The notes below the pieces were generated by a model. It saw only the letters and a program-made list of their open reading frames with translations. It did no database searches and was not told the origin of the DNA. Made by a program: the position numbers and the translations under genes. Shown here in pieces: positions 14,116 through 28,385 of a stretch of 64,000 nucleotides of DNA. Source of the DNA: Octopus vulgaris (taxonomy: Eukaryota); contig OX597831.1 in the NCBI GenBank assembly GCA_951406725.2, positions 30,256,001-30,320,000 of the forward strand, written 5' to 3'. Positions within the stretch are counted from its first letter, which is position 1. Each line of letters begins with the position of its first letter.

Positions 14116-15221
14116 GTAGTATGTATGTATGTATGTATGTATGTATGTATGTATGTATGTATGTATGTATGTATGTGTGTATGTATGTATGTATGTATGT
14201 ATGCCGCTGTGTGTCTGCGTGTATGTATATGTGTGTCTGTATGCGCGCGTGTGTTTGCGTGTGATTGCATTGTTCTTGTAGCATTTAAATATCACGATAT
14301 CAAAAATACTAAGCCAGAGAGAGCTCTGAAATATGTTGCATATTTATGCTCACGCACACTCACACATACATACACACATAGAGTATATGAGTACATAAAT
14401 AATACTGAAAGACTAACCGTGATCATGAATATTTAGATAAAAAGATGGAGTGTGAGTGAAAAAATATTTGGTAATAGAAAGGGAGAATATATAATATCAA
14501 CTAATCTTACAACCGCATATTGAAAGCATTCGTCTCTTATATTTAAACATATCATAACACTACTCTACAGGGATATGAACTTAAAGGAACATTATTATAT
14601 ATCTGAAATGGGAGGGATTTTATTATCAAGTCGTAACATAATTCCTTAGTAATAATCAAATAATAATGAAATATACAATGCCATGAACATAAAATAACAT
14701 AAAAGAGATGCATGATATATCTAAGACGAGAGGAAATTCATTATCACCAAATGATGTCATCTTTATTGTAATATTTCATAGTAATAAAACTTTAAAAAAC
14801 CTTGGTTTTATGTCGCTTTCGTCGATGGGTGTTCAGTTACTTGACCAACTGCGCAATTTGTTTATTGAAATAGCGTTTATATGACTGAGTATTCCGCAGC
14901 CACATGTACCTTAAATGTAATTCCCACGTTGAATTCACGTGACATATTGTGACACCGTGTTTCAAAGTGACCTTTTAAATTATAATGATACTCCGTGTAT
15001 GAAGCTTGTTCACAATTTAGACCAAATCATTTTCATTATGAAGATCTCAGGTGCAGTACGATCGAATTCGGGATCTCATGAATGCAGAGAAAACTTTTAA
15101 CTACAGTAATATTGTATCATAAGAAAACTACGTCCCAGAGTTATCAACTTACAACAATCTATTATCACAACCATCTCAATTCATAGTGATATCCTCTACT
15201 AACAATATTAACTTACAATTC

Positions 15222-15400
15222 AAAAGCGGCGAATTTGTAGAAGCATTTCAACCTTGGGCAAAATGCTTAGCGACATTTCGCCCATCTTTATGGTCTGAAT
15301 TCAAATTCCGTCGAGATTGACTTTGCCTTTCACCCTTCTGGCGTTGACAAAATAAGTGCCAGATTAGGATTGGCCTTGTACAATTATTTGAAACCAATAT
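15222..15400 (+). mobile_element. SINE family A, degenerate and internally deleted
   Basis: Similarity to family A. Confidence 0.75.
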
Positions 15401-15778
15401 TGCCTTTCACTTCTATGATCTCATGATGCTGTCAACTCTAGTAATAATCTGTCTCGGCAACAGCGTTTACAATGGTATCATGTCTGAATAACGTTTTCAC
15501 TCGAATATTCCTTAATAAAGTACATCAATATTATCAGGAAATATCTCCTTAATACTCCCACGAAAGAAAGTTTGAATCATATAATGCTATCTATATATGT
15601 TACTGCTTTCTCACAGAGCTAGTCCTCGCAATCATATCAAAATTTGATCTCATGCATGATGGTACCATCATTAAAATCCAGTTGGCATTAACCTCGCAAA
15701 CATAATACATCTGAAATATATTTCCTATAATCATATCTTCTGACAATGATGTCAAAACATTAATATTTGATAAGGGAA

Positions 15779-15998
15779 AGGTGGTGAGCTGGTAGAATCG
15801 TCACCACGCCGGGAAAAGTCCTTAGCGACATTCCTTCCGAATTTATGTTCCGAGTTCAGATGCTGCCGGAGACGACCATGCCTTTCAACCTCTCGGGGTC
15901 GATAAAATAAGCACCAGTTGAGCACTGGGGTCGATGTAATCGATTTTCTCCCTTCCCATGAAATTGCTGGCCTGGTGCCAAAATTTGAAGCCGATATT
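15779..15998 (+). mobile_element. SINE family A, tail type 1
   Basis: Similarity to family A. Confidence 0.85.
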
Positions 15999-16106
15999 TG
16001 ATAACCGAAACACGATCCTTTTAGAGTATCTTCATTACGACAATAATGACGACGATGATGTCAATAATGATGATGATGATGATGACAATTGATAGTTCTT
16101 TACAAT

Positions 16107-16680
16107 GAAACAAATGCCGGATGTGTGGTGAAACTGGAAATACACAACACTGTGACATATTTTGAGCGAATTTATTAAATTGACTCTTAGAGAATACAAG
16201 TAAAGGTATGAAATTGTCACCAGAATTGTCTACATAAGAACTATGTAACACGTTTGAACTGGAAAGAGCTAGAAAATAATATGAGCATGATCCGAAGGGT
16301 GTGGTAGAAAATGATTGAGTAAAAATAATTTGGGACTTCATGATCCAATGTGATCATGGAATCGAACATCGGAAATCGATATTGCGTTAGTAGACAAGGG
16401 AAAAATCTGGTGCTTGCTTATAGGTTTTCCATGCTTTGGGTGACAGCAGATTGTCGAAAACTAAGAGAAAATTTACGAAATATAATGCTCTGAAGAGAGA
16501 AATCGGAAAGGTATGAACAAGAAAAATGGGGTATATTTTGCCAACAACTGTTGAAGACCTAAGTATAGCGAGCAAAAAATTGAAAAGTGGTTGAAAAATT
16601 AGGTATAAGAATGAAAATAGAGCATCATCTGAGGATAGCCTTACCTAGCAGCGCAAGGAACCCCGCCAAGCTCTCGAAAG
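16107..16680 (+). mobile_element. R4/Dong-like LINE 3' fragment, decayed
   Basis: KCRMCGE...EYK..., EHDPKGVVEND, IWDFMIQCDHGIEHRK; homologous to 23181-24033. Confidence 0.8.
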
Positions 16681-16713
16681 TTCATGAAAATTGAACAGTT
16701 GGTACATTTTGTG

Positions 16714-16931
16714 TACTCTCTCTTTTACTCTTTTACTTGTTTCAGTCATTTGACTGTGGTCATGCTGGAGCACCACCTTCAGTCGAGCAAACCGACCCCA
16801 GGACTTATTCTTTGTAAGCCTAATACTTATTCTATCGGTCTCTTTTGCCGAACCGATAAGTCACGGGGACGTAAACACACCAGCATCGGTTGTCAAGCGA
16901 TGTTGGGAGGACAAACACAGACACAGAAACG

Positions 16932-16981
<50 letters not shown>

Positions 16982-16984
16982 CGG
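16714..16984 (-). mobile_element. SINE family B, 3' half
   Basis: Matches the 3' half of 19404-19815. Confidence 0.85.
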
Positions 16985-18405
16985 GGAGAGAGAGACAGAA
17001 AAAGAAAAGAGAGAGAGAGACAATGTAAGAGAAAGACAGAGAGAGAGAGAAAGAGACCCAAAAAATTAAGAAAACTAAATTAAGAAAACAGAGCGAAGGA
17101 AATGATGCCACAGTCCTTAATGAAATCAGCAATGAGGTATTCAAGGGATCCAACAAACACGAAATAAGGGGCTGAAGTTAAAGATACCTATGCGACGAAA
17201 GGATAAACGACAACAGTGATTATGAAAACTGTAATCTGGAATAGGACTTCATAATGCTATGCTAAGACGATGATGCGAAAAGCCCTAGGGTGGTTAATTT
17301 CTGAAAAGAAATTTTTTAAAAAGGCTGAGAATGACGGAAACCGACGAAGAGAAGTCGCAGCAGATGCTGAGAAGCAGAGAAGGTTAAGTTGAGACTGAAG
17401 AATTCTAGACTGCAGAACAGGGTTAAACCCCAGCCACCAGAATCTATTAAAAGTGTCTAATGAAGCGCAAGTAATTGTAGGATATGTTGCAGTTGGGAAA
17501 TGAGAATTAACCGGATTGTCATGGGATATGTAATTTTAAAGAGGAGGAGGAGAAGAACGGTGAGGAGAAGAAGGAAAATAAGAAAATGAAGAAAGAGGAG
17601 ATGACGAAGATAGGGAAGAAGGAAGAGGAGATGACGAAGATAGGGAAGAAGGAAGAAGGAGGCGGAGGAGTTGGAGGGTAAGTAGGAAAAAAAAGAAGGA
17701 AGAGAAGAAAGAAGAACAAAAGACAAGGAATAGAAAAACAAAGATAAGAAGGAAGAAAAAGAGGAAGAAGTAGAAAACAATGAATGAGGAACTTATAGAC
17801 TAGTGTAAGTAACTGCGTTTGTCCCTCATTTAGGAAGAAAAAAGAAGCAGTATGCGTATTACATAAAAGAAACATTGAATTCTCATAAAAATAAAATCGT
17901 TTATATAAATAACGAAAATCAGAAGCCGAAGAAATACAAGATTCTAGATATTTCTCGCCCGAAGAGAGAAAGACAGAGAAAAAAAGCAGCTAAAGAAAAT
18001 CAATATTATATAAATATACTACGTAAATGAGTGAAAGACTAAAAAAAGTTTATCACATATGGTAAGACCGATAATTTGTTTAAGTGTTTTTATACAAAAA
18101 TACCTACACACTTTTACGCCATCAGCAACTGAATAATCTTCTCAGACACACAATGCACCAATCCAAATCGTTAGTGTTCTGGGTTAAGAATAAAAAAAAA
18201 AAATTCCTAAAGCATAGGCATTTCTTTTGACATTAAATGCTTGCGAAAATGTTTATTTAAATGGATACAAATCTCAAATTAATCCTTGAAAATCCTGGTG
18301 CAAAAGATTGAGAGAAACAAACATACAAACAAACAAACAGACAAAAATACCCAACGATAATTCAAATCGCCCTTAGCTTCTCATATATATATATATACAC
18401 ACACA

Positions 18406-18449
<44 letters not shown>

Positions 18450-18484
18450 CATATATATACACACACGCACATACATACACACAT

Positions 18485-18521
<37 letters not shown>

Positions 18522-18544
18522 TGTGTATATCTATGGATAAAAAC

Positions 18545-18608
<64 letters not shown>

Positions 18609-18654
18609 ATGTGTGTGTTTGTGTGTGTATATATATATGTATATACGTCCAACC

Positions 18655-18761
<107 letters not shown>

Positions 18762-18777
18762 ATATAGATAGATAGAC

Positions 18778-18849
<72 letters not shown>

Positions 18850-19322
18850 TATGGGTGTGAATTTTGATAACCGTTTCTTTATATGCAACACGGAAGGCAT
18901 AGAAGAGCTGACTAAACAAATGACGCGGTTTCGAGAAGAAACTAAATTGTAGAAAGAAGAGCAGAACAAAAGACGTGGACAACCAGTGAATACAGAGAAA
19001 GTTACGAAGGCCATTGAGACAGTCTTTTTATTTCTGGCATAAACGTGTTATAGCATTTATCTTTACAAATTTTGAAGATGAAATAGAAGAAAAAAAATGC
19101 TTATCAGAAGTTTTAAGCGCATACTTAAGGGGAGATGTCGTTGCAAAGGACACCCAGTCTTAGAAGAAGTGCTACCATTAAAAACTTCGAATGCAGAACA
19201 CATCAAGGAAATATACTTATAATACAAAGAGCCTGTCACTTATAAAATAGCTACTGTTTACATGAGAGAAAAAATAACATATCTACGACGTATATATATA
19301 TATGTGTGTGTGTGTATGTATG

Positions 19323-19397
<75 letters not shown>

Positions 19398-19403
19398 ATA
19401 TAT

Positions 19404-19815
19404 GGCGCAGGAGCGGCTGTGTGGTAAGTAGCTTGCTAACCAACCACATGGTTCCGGGTTCAGTCCCACTGCGTGGAATCTTGGGCAAGTGTCTTCTGCT
19501 ATAGCCCCGGGCCGACCAATGCCTTGTGATTGGATTTGGTAGACGGAAACTAAAAGAAACCTGTCGTATATATGTTTATATATATACATATATGTATGTG
19601 TGTGTTTGTGCGTCTGTGTTTGTCCCCCTAGCTTTGCTTAACAACCGATGCTGGTGTGTTTACGTTCCCGTCACTTAGCGGTTCGGCAAAAGTGACCGAT
19701 AGAATAAGTACTGGGCTTACAAAGAATAAGTCCTGGGGTCGACTTGCTCGACTAAAGGCGGTGCTCCAGCATGGCCGCAGTCAAATGACTGAAACAAGTA
19801 AAAGAGTAAAAGAGT
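19404..19815 (+). mobile_element. SINE family B, full length (CORE-like cttgggcaagtgtctt, internal (TA)/(TG) spacer, (gtaaaaga)n tail)
   Basis: Near-identical to 37390-37807 (-), 29498-29943 (-) and 62824-63220 (+). Confidence 0.93.
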
Positions 19816-20541
19816 ATATATATATATATATGAAATGAATAAATATATATATATATATACCAACAGTACTTTCTAGGAAAATGAACAATAGTCAAAATTA
19901 AAGTAAAACATCCAAAACGCCACAAATAGACTTAAGAAATCGTACTAGAAAGAATAAAACTTTAAAATGCGAATAAATAAAATGTACTAAAATTGGAAAA
20001 GGAAACGATGAACTCATAGTCAAATAATACATAAATAGGAAAAGAGAAATAAAACGTGCAGGTATATAGAATATATTCTTCGCGACTCAATCGATGAAAA
20101 ATATATAATAAGTGTAAATCAAATATTTCAGTGAAACAGCTAACATGATAGACAAAAATAAAGAGAGAAAAAAATAAGGTAAGAAAAGATTGAATAACAA
20201 AATGAATAGTCAGCCTCTGTGGAATAGGAACATAGAGAAAGTATTTCGCGAAAATAGAAAAGAGTTATTAATATTAACTGAAATATAGATTTAGTATAGC
20301 CAAGAAAAGGTAAATAAGAAAACTGAAGTTGTGTAAGAAGCTTGAGATGAGGGCGGGAATGAGGGCACATCTGAAGCCGCTAATTGTTGCAAAAGAACGG
20401 AATAAGTCAGGCGATTAAGCAGAAGACACAAACAATGCTTGCAAAGTAAAATGCTTGGTGAAAATACAAAGAATTTCGAAAAGGAATTAAATCAGAAAAG
20501 ACACACACACACAGACGCGCGCACGGACACGCACAGTCACA

Positions 20542-20615
<74 letters not shown>

Positions 20616-21399
20616 AACGAACACTCACTCATACGCATAAACATTAACTAAACTGTTATCTTTACAAGGATGAAATTTACAAATTATGCACAGACATAGA
20701 AGAAAAAAGCCTATAATAAGAGAAACCTCATAAATAATGGTGAAAGAGACGAAGCAAAAAGTAATCTGTGTATATAAAAACAAACATGAATAACAGCTGA
20801 AAAAATCAGAACAAGAATACATCACTAAACGGATAAAACAACAAGAAATCAAGAAAGCACCGTAGATCGATAAAGCCAAAGCACTGAACATAATTAAAAA
20901 ATAGGATGTCAATAAAAGATATGACTACATAAAAGATTGCTACTGAAACAAGCTGGACATTCCAGAGAATTGCAAGTTCATTATATATTCCTGTACACTT
21001 TATATGGTAGTGACCAAACTAATCGGGGAAAAATACTTTTTACCTACACAGAAGAAAATCAGTTGCAATTTGGACAACAAAGTGGAGAAAATTTAAATGT
21101 AAAAAGTTATGCCTTTAATAAAAGAGTTGGCCATGTAGAAGCATAGGAAAAAAGACGTGGTACAGTACTTTCCGAATGGATCTTAGAGGGAAGTAAGCAA
21201 TCGGAGATGACTCGTTTGGAGAAGGCTCGTTGCTGGTTGTGTTGACAGCACTGAAGTATCTAAGAGCTAAGAGAAGAGACTGGATGCTAAAGTTGAAAAC
21301 CACGAAAGACATAAGAAGCTTCATTCTGTTATGAAGGAGAGCAAAGTTCATATCGGGCATTTTCACTGGCAAATTAGTAACCTTATGTGACAGATGTTA

Positions 21400-22200
21400 C
21401 AGAAAAATAGCACAACACAATCCTAAAAAGTGTAGATGACGTGTCTAAATAACACAAGGGATGTACTTTTTTTTTATAAAAATGCAAATATATCAAGCCT
21501 CCTCGTGTACGATATTGTACATCAAGTTAGTGATTCTCAAATCACAACACTGACAAATACGACAATATCTGTGAAAATCTGACGAGGATTAATATGATCT
21601 AAACATGCCGTACTTTCCTTCCGTTCTTGAAAAAATTATTGAAATAGAGTTAGTCATTGAGCTAATGAATCTATCACGAACTAAATAATTACAAGAAATA
21701 TAACTAATAACAGGAAAGTAATAACAGTGAACATCAATCGTAAGATATTGCCCAATAGACAGAATCGCGAAAACCCAATAAAATACAATGTCAGTTCCAT
21801 AAATGAAGCGAAATAATTGAAAAAAGAACAATAATTTAGAGATAAAACCATTATGGAGGATTTCTTTCTTACGGAAGAAGTAACCTTCAGTATAGGAATT
21901 ACTACGAAGCATTCACATACTTGGGGAAATTTTGTACATTGACAAAATTCAAAACTAAACGAACATTGAAACGTTGCAGAATGATAATAAAGCAGAGTAA
22001 AATGATTTGCTATCAGGCGTGAAAATTTCAAAGAATTTATACAAAAAGCTGGCATATTTCACGATTGTCTACGGATAAATTCTTTGAAAATAACCCGAAG
22101 AGCTGTGAATGCTGTGAAGGTTTTTCTATTTTGATATTTATGTCATTTATTGATAGAATATTATTCCACAGTTATATCTTGTCTGTTAGTGCGGAAATGC
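21400..22200 (+). mobile_element. Possible highly decayed LINE reverse transcriptase fragment
   Basis: Only scattered motifs in the expected order (QG.., SLL..DIV, EAFTYLG); many stops. Confidence 0.35.
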
Positions 22201-22726
22201 TGTTTGGTTGATTCGAAGAAATAAAGTTTATAAAGATTGCGTGACAAAGATTAATCATTGATATAGCAGGTAACAGTTATATTACTTTAGGGAGAGAGTA
22301 TACGCACTTTAAAACCACTGTCTCATAATTGTGAATGAGAAGCAGACAATAGAACGACGTGTAGTTCGTCCATATGTACATATATACGCTTATGAATTCA
22401 TACTCGTACAAACACATTCATTCTTAGAGAGCAAACACATGTATTTACAAATTTACATCGTGAGAAATCAAACTTGTAACAAAGATAGATTATAATACTT
22501 AAGTGTAGCAGGAAAACTACTTTACAGACACAAATTTAGCAAAACAAATGTCACATGACTTTATCTGTTTCAAGAGGAAAAACATTTCTCAATGATAACG
22601 AGTGTTAAATATATCAGCTCAAGCTATCTTACACATTAATCAGAGAGTTTATGAAACTCTCTTGCAATAATACAATCCTGTAATATCTTTCCTTACAACA
22701 ACTGGCAGGAAATTGTATTAATTTTG

Positions 22727-22740
22727 TAATAATAATAATA

Positions 22741-22824
<84 letters not shown>

Positions 22825-23099
22825 TGATGATGATGAATAATGATGATGATGATGACGATGAATGATGGTGATGAATGATGATGATGATGATGAGGATGAT
22901 GATGAATGATGATGATGAATGATGATGATGAATGATGATGATGATGAATGATGATGATAAATAATGATGCTGATTGATGATGATGAGGATGATAAATGAT
23001 GATGAATAATGATGATGATGATGATGATAATGATGATGATGAATGATGATGATAATACTAATATTAATAGTAATAGTAATAATAATAATGATGATGATG

Positions 23100-23136
<37 letters not shown>

Positions 23137-23144
23137 TGATGATG

Positions 23145-23181
<37 letters not shown>
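22727..23181. repeat. Compound (GAT)n/(GAAT)/(AAT)n repeat
   Basis: Seen directly. Confidence 0.97.
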
Positions 23182-23182
<1 letters not shown>

Positions 23183-24033
23183 TTCTTTAAACAAGAAATG
23201 AGCAAAAGATAAAGAAAAGCATGGAAGGAAATGAAAATGTACGGTCAATTTGCAAGTGATGTGAACACCAAGACAGATACAGAAGACCGGTGGCTACAGA
23301 TAAGGTGGAGTGACCTGAAGATAGAGACAGAAGCTCTCATAGGCACAGCTCAAGAAAAAGCGTTAAGGATCAACTATATGCATTGCAGAATATACAACAC
23401 TATTGATAGCAACAAATAGAGAATGTGTGGTGAGAGGGGTGAAAGGGTAAGGCACATCGTTAGTGAATGCCCGAAATTGGCCCAATGCGAATACAAAAGA
23501 CGTCATAACAATGTGGCAAGAGCGATCCATTGGGAACTCTGTGGAAATCACGGCATACAAAGTGCGCGGTATGAGCAACTCCAGAAGGAGTCACCGAAAA
23601 TGAGAATTGCAAAATCCTGTGGGATGCAATGATCCAGTGGTATCACTCGATCAGACATCGGAAACCTCGACGTTGTTGTGTGAATAGAAAAGAACATGTG
23701 TGATAATCAACATAGCATGCTCCATTGACAACAGGATCAGTGTGAAAGAAGAAGAAAAAATAAACAACTATGATGATTTGAAGAGAGTAGATGTGATACC
23801 AACAGTAATTGGAGCACTTGGAAGTATCAGTACTCAACTACCAGCGTGGCTGAAAAAGATTGGTGCAAAAGTGAAGGTAGAACACCAACAAAAATCAGCA
23901 TTGCTTGGAACTGAAAGAATTCTTCGCAGGTTTCTTGATGCATGACCAGTAAACAAGTGTCACCTTAATCTGCAGGCTGCGGACAACTGATACTTTCCAT
24001 CATACCCCACAAAATATACTGTGAGTTTTCATA
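23181..24033 (+). mobile_element. R4/Dong-like RLE LINE, 5'-truncated 3' end
   Basis: MYGQF...LKIETEALIGTAQEKALRINY, MCGE...HIVSECPKLAQCEYKRRHNNVARAIHWELC, EEEKINNYDDL...VIGALG...QKSALLGTERILRRFL, with stops and frameshifts. Confidence 0.92.
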
Positions 24034-24069
<36 letters not shown>

Positions 24070-24093
24070 CACCACCACCGTCATCATAATCGC

Positions 24094-24125
<32 letters not shown>

Positions 24126-24206
24126 ACATCATCAACATCATCATCATCACCACCATCATCATCATCATCATCATCATCGACGTCGTCGTCACCATCATCA
24201 TCATCC

Positions 24207-24246
<40 letters not shown>
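24034..24246. repeat. (ACT)n/(ACC)n/(ATC)n repeat
   Basis: Seen directly. Confidence 0.95.
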
Positions 24247-24931
24247 AAAATCTTTGTTATGCATTCTCAGAGTGATTAGGTTATTCTTCAAATAATTCAA
24301 ACAACAAACGGAATACATTAATGGTCATAGCTGGAGAGAACAGCAGTAACAGCAGAGTTCTAAATTATGGCTCCTTTCCACTTCAGTGACTCAAGTTTAG
24401 TTTGCCCATATCGTACACGGAGACAATTAGAAACATTTCTACTCGCTACCTGAAGAATTCAAGACCGGCATCTTTATATTTGGCGTTATTAGAATATTCC
24501 CAATCTCCCGCACCACGATTCAATGCCGGCAGGTTCTTTGAAAATATGTTCAGGAGCATTGGAAACCGTAAATGTTTTTCGCAATTTTAATCATCATGGT
24601 ATTTATTGATTCATAATTATATTGCAGTAATACTCCCACTGAGAGAGCGGAAACGTCAAAATATGCTAGCTTGACCATTGTTCGATCCCGTATTCTGATT
24701 GGATTATTTTAAAGAAGGAACAGAAGAGAAAGACTGCGTTAGTAAGAATTCACAACAACAACGATAATAATAACAATAATGATGATGATAATAAGGATGA
24801 GAATGATGATGATGGTGATAGTAATAATAATAATAATAATGATGATAATAATAATAATGATGATGATGATGATGATGATTATGTTGATGATGATAACAAT
24901 AATAATAATAATTATTATTAATAATAATAAT

Positions 24932-25003
<72 letters not shown>

Positions 25004-25019
25004 TAATAATAGTAATAAT

Positions 25020-26100
25020 TGCTTTTATTTGCTACAAGGGCATCAGTTGAGGCGGGTGGCGTATTACAAGAACATCCTATAATTAGTGTGAGGGCGAACA
25101 TAAAATATGGGGAGAAGAAAGAAAGAGAAGGGGGAAATGAGATAAACGAAATTGTATACAAAATATGAGAACATATGAATGATGCAGTGAAGGACAGCTA
25201 GCTTGATGCAGCAGGAAAGACGCGTTTAGCTTTTAGTATCAGGAGCGCTTGCCTGTGGATCCTATCTCGGTTGGCCGTACAGATCACAAATGTGCGTCCC
25301 GTATAGCCAGCGACATTGAATTGTGAACAGTTTATGCTTCTTCTGTGTACTGGCCTACAAAATACTCAATTTAGATACATTGGCGCATTCGAGAAATCTT
25401 GTTATCTATCAGCCAGTTGGAAACGACCGAACGATTCTGTGAGGCTTTTACAACCACATATCCAATCGGCTGGCCCCACCTGATCAAGGTGTGCGTCTAA
25501 GACGGTGTTCCAATCGTTCGCTAGCGCTAAAGAGTAAGATGTCGCAAGAAAAACGTCCAAACGTCTGGTGAAATTCGGCTGCCCCGTTCCAGTCGGGGCG
25601 AATACAATGACTATCCAAAAGCACCACCTTCGCTATTGTGCATATCCAGGACACCAATTTACAATCCGTGTCTTTGATGATGATCCGTACCTCGAGAAAC
25701 AGGCCTTTTCTAAACAGTACAGCCACTCCGCCTCCCATCCCAGGTCCAGACATACGCGTAAATCTCAAAGTCATAAAATATGAGGTCTAGTGCGCGCGTA
25801 TTAGAAATCATGGTCTCGTTGGTGGCTATCACATCCACACCAAGCAACCTAAAGTCATTGAGCAACCTAAAGTCATTGAGCAACCTAGCTTCCGAGCAGA
25901 CACCCCCTTCCCAGGCTACATACATATACACAACCTACTCTAATAGTCGTAATGTTTGCCAGAAAAAGTTGAGAAAAGGAAAAGAGTGGAGTTGCTTAGC
26001 CTCCTAGTGCTGTTGGAGGGCGGGTGTCCCGACCTTCGAATAGGGTTTAGGTTCCATTGTGAATCCATGCAAAAGTCTGCTGGGGGATTTTACATTAGGT
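25020..26100 (-). mobile_element. Tx1/L1-clade LINE relic: AP-endonuclease domain, internally deleted
   Basis: LLNDFRLLGVDVIATNET, GGGVAVLFRKGL, decayed YAP/GDWN/SDH-like motifs; contains an 18-bp tandem duplication agcaacctaaagtcattg near 25843-25886. Confidence 0.75.
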
Positions 26101-26277
26101 GTTCCCACATAGTAGGAGAGAAAAATCTCCCTAAGTCTTCTGTAGTGACATGTGCACTGACATTAAATTTTCTGGCATTCTAAAAGTGCCACCATCTCTC
26201 AATTTCTGTGCGCATCAGCAAACATACTGTAGGCAGTTTTAGGGAGAATAATTTCGTTCTTATTGGACTGTGAAGGA

Positions 26278-27014
26278 CAGATTTGGTGTGCGTAGTCAGT
26301 GAAACGAAAGAAAAAGAAATGAATGTGTCCTACAGTCCAATGAGGTTGCGCACACAACCCTAGACACATTTTGTGTGTAGGAGGAGTATTTTAACGTGGG
26401 TTCTATTACTATAGCGGAAGGTCTTCTTTTGTACGAATACCCTCGAACCTGTTAAATATGACTTTACATGAATAATATCATATAAAATATAACTTAATAA
26501 TATCTGATGATGATTCCATATTAACAACACAATCTAATAATATTTAGCAAGAAATTCTCAGAATTTAAAAGTTCATGTTGAATCCAACGACTTAGAGAGA
26601 GAAGCAAGACAAAAGTGGTCAGGGGAGCATTTCGTTAGAATAGTTCTTTCAGATTTGGTGTTCGTAGTTAGTGAAACGAAAGGACAAAGAAATGAATGAG
26701 TCCTACGGTCCAGTGAGCTCATGCACAACCCATTCTATGGAAAAGCATTATCACTTGGGGACTATTACTAACGTGAAAGGTCTTCTCTCGTTCGAATACA
26801 CTCGAACGTGTTAAATATGACTTTACACGAATAATATCATATGAAATATGACTTAATAATATCAGATGATGATAACATAATCATTGGTAATATAATTTAG
26901 TGACATTTAGTAACAGATTGTCAGAATTTAACAGTTCGTATTGAACTCACCGACTGAAATAGAGAGAAATAAGACAAAAGTGGTCGGGTGACCATTTTGG
27001 TAGCATAGTTCTTT
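26278..27014. repeat. Diverged tandem duplication, two units of 372 and 365 bp
   Basis: Units 26278-26649 and 26650-27014 both start cagatttggtgt and end tagttcttt, and are colinear throughout. Confidence 0.9.
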
Positions 27015-27044
27015 CATTAAAGTAGTATGTAGAAGGATACTTAC

Positions 27045-27218
27045 CAGTTTTGATGTAGACTTTTCATCTACAGGCGACAGGAGTACATTGGAGAATGGTA
27101 TTTCAGCGTTGAATTTTACTGATTGCATCAGGCGCATCACACAGTTGGATACATTTCGGAAGGACAGCTTTTTGGGCCTTAGTCCGCCGAAACCTCTCTC
27201 GAAAAGGGTGCTGGGCTG
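27045..27218 (-). CDS. ADCY1: Coding exon of ADCY1/rutabaga-like adenylyl cyclase, C1b region with putative calmodulin-binding helix
   Basis: Acceptor atttctcttcttctatttacag and donor gtaagt. 174 nt, phase 0/0, in frame with the previous exon. Translates QPSTLFERGFGGLRPKKLSFRNVSNCVMRLMQSVKFNAEIPFSNVLLSPVDEKSTSKL. The AEIPFSNV motif and the basic/hydrophobic helix before it match AC1 C1b. Confidence 0.92.
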
Positions 27219-27319
27219 CTGTAAATAGAAGAAGAGAAATACATTAGAAGGATATTGCTAAGTCGATCCTATATGAAACTATGTTTTACATTGATATTTA
27301 TTTCGTATTGTTTATATTT

Positions 27320-27850
27320 ATTTGTTTCAGTTATTGGACCGCTACCATACTGGAGGACACAACATTGAAGGATTTAGTCCAGTGGTTTTCAAACGAGGTC
27401 CAAATGATCTTTGGGGGTCCATATAAGATTTTGTAGTTAAAATTTTTGAGCACTAATTTGGTTATACTTCATCAATGTACAAAAAGTTTTAACAATTATT
27501 GCATAGAATTTTTAATTATTAAAATGAACGATTCTTTTAAACACAGAATGCTTCATAGGATTCATCCGATTAAAATAGGAACTAAAGTGTCCATAGGCAA
27601 ATCGAACAAATCAATATATTTTTTAAAGACTGATACATGTTCAATCGGTCTAAGTTATGGAGACAAACACAATGAAAGAGGGAACAGACACACACACAGA
27701 TACAGACAGACAGACACACACACACACATTTAATATGTTTTTATGTATAAAAAGATGGGCTCCCACACAGTTCATGTCCATCAAATTCACTCACCCGGCC
27801 AGGCGCTATAGTAGAACACACTTATCCAAAGTGTCACGGAAAGAAGAACA
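27320..27850 (-). mobile_element. Old SINE family B copy interrupted by a hAT MITE
   Basis: Degenerate family B motifs on both sides of 27380-27601. Confidence 0.6.
27380..27601 (-). mobile_element. hAT-type MITE, partial copy of the 49421-49757 family
   Basis: Starts cagtggttttcaa and matches the reverse complement of the 49757 end. Confidence 0.7.
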
Positions 27851-27924
27851 ATTAGAAACATACACGAAGTTATTGGCCTTACTATCATCGTTGAAACGAT
27901 GTTTCACATTGATATTTTTTTTAT

Positions 27925-28385
27925 CATTTACTTGTTTCAGGCATTAGACTGTGCTCCTACTGAAACACCACATTCAAGATTTTAGTCGAGGAAATCAGCT
28001 TATTAGGTTTTTAGACTCGGATATTTATTCTATTGGACTACGATACTGAGACTAAGAAGAACCATCACCGATCATCAAGAGGTGGGGTATAAACACAAAG
28101 ACAAACACATATTTTCTTTGTATGGAGCAGACACAAATACACATATATATGCATGCATGTATGCATGTATGTATTTATCTATGTATGTATGCATGTATTT
28201 ATGTATCTATTAGTGTATACACACGACGGGTTCCAATAAATTTTCTCTGTACCAAATTTGCTTTCAAGTCATTAATCGGATCTGAGCTATGGCAGAAGGC
28301 ACTTGCCCAATGTAGCGGGCAATGGGACAGAAATCGAAGCCAAGCAGTTACAAAGCTAGCTTCCTAAGCACACATCCAATCTTGC
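27925..28385 (-). mobile_element. Old SINE family B copy
   Basis: Degenerate but colinear with family B. Confidence 0.7.

Noticed and set aside
17595-17656. 30-bp direct repeat in a purine-rich tract
   Set aside because: Simple slippage duplication in low-complexity DNA.
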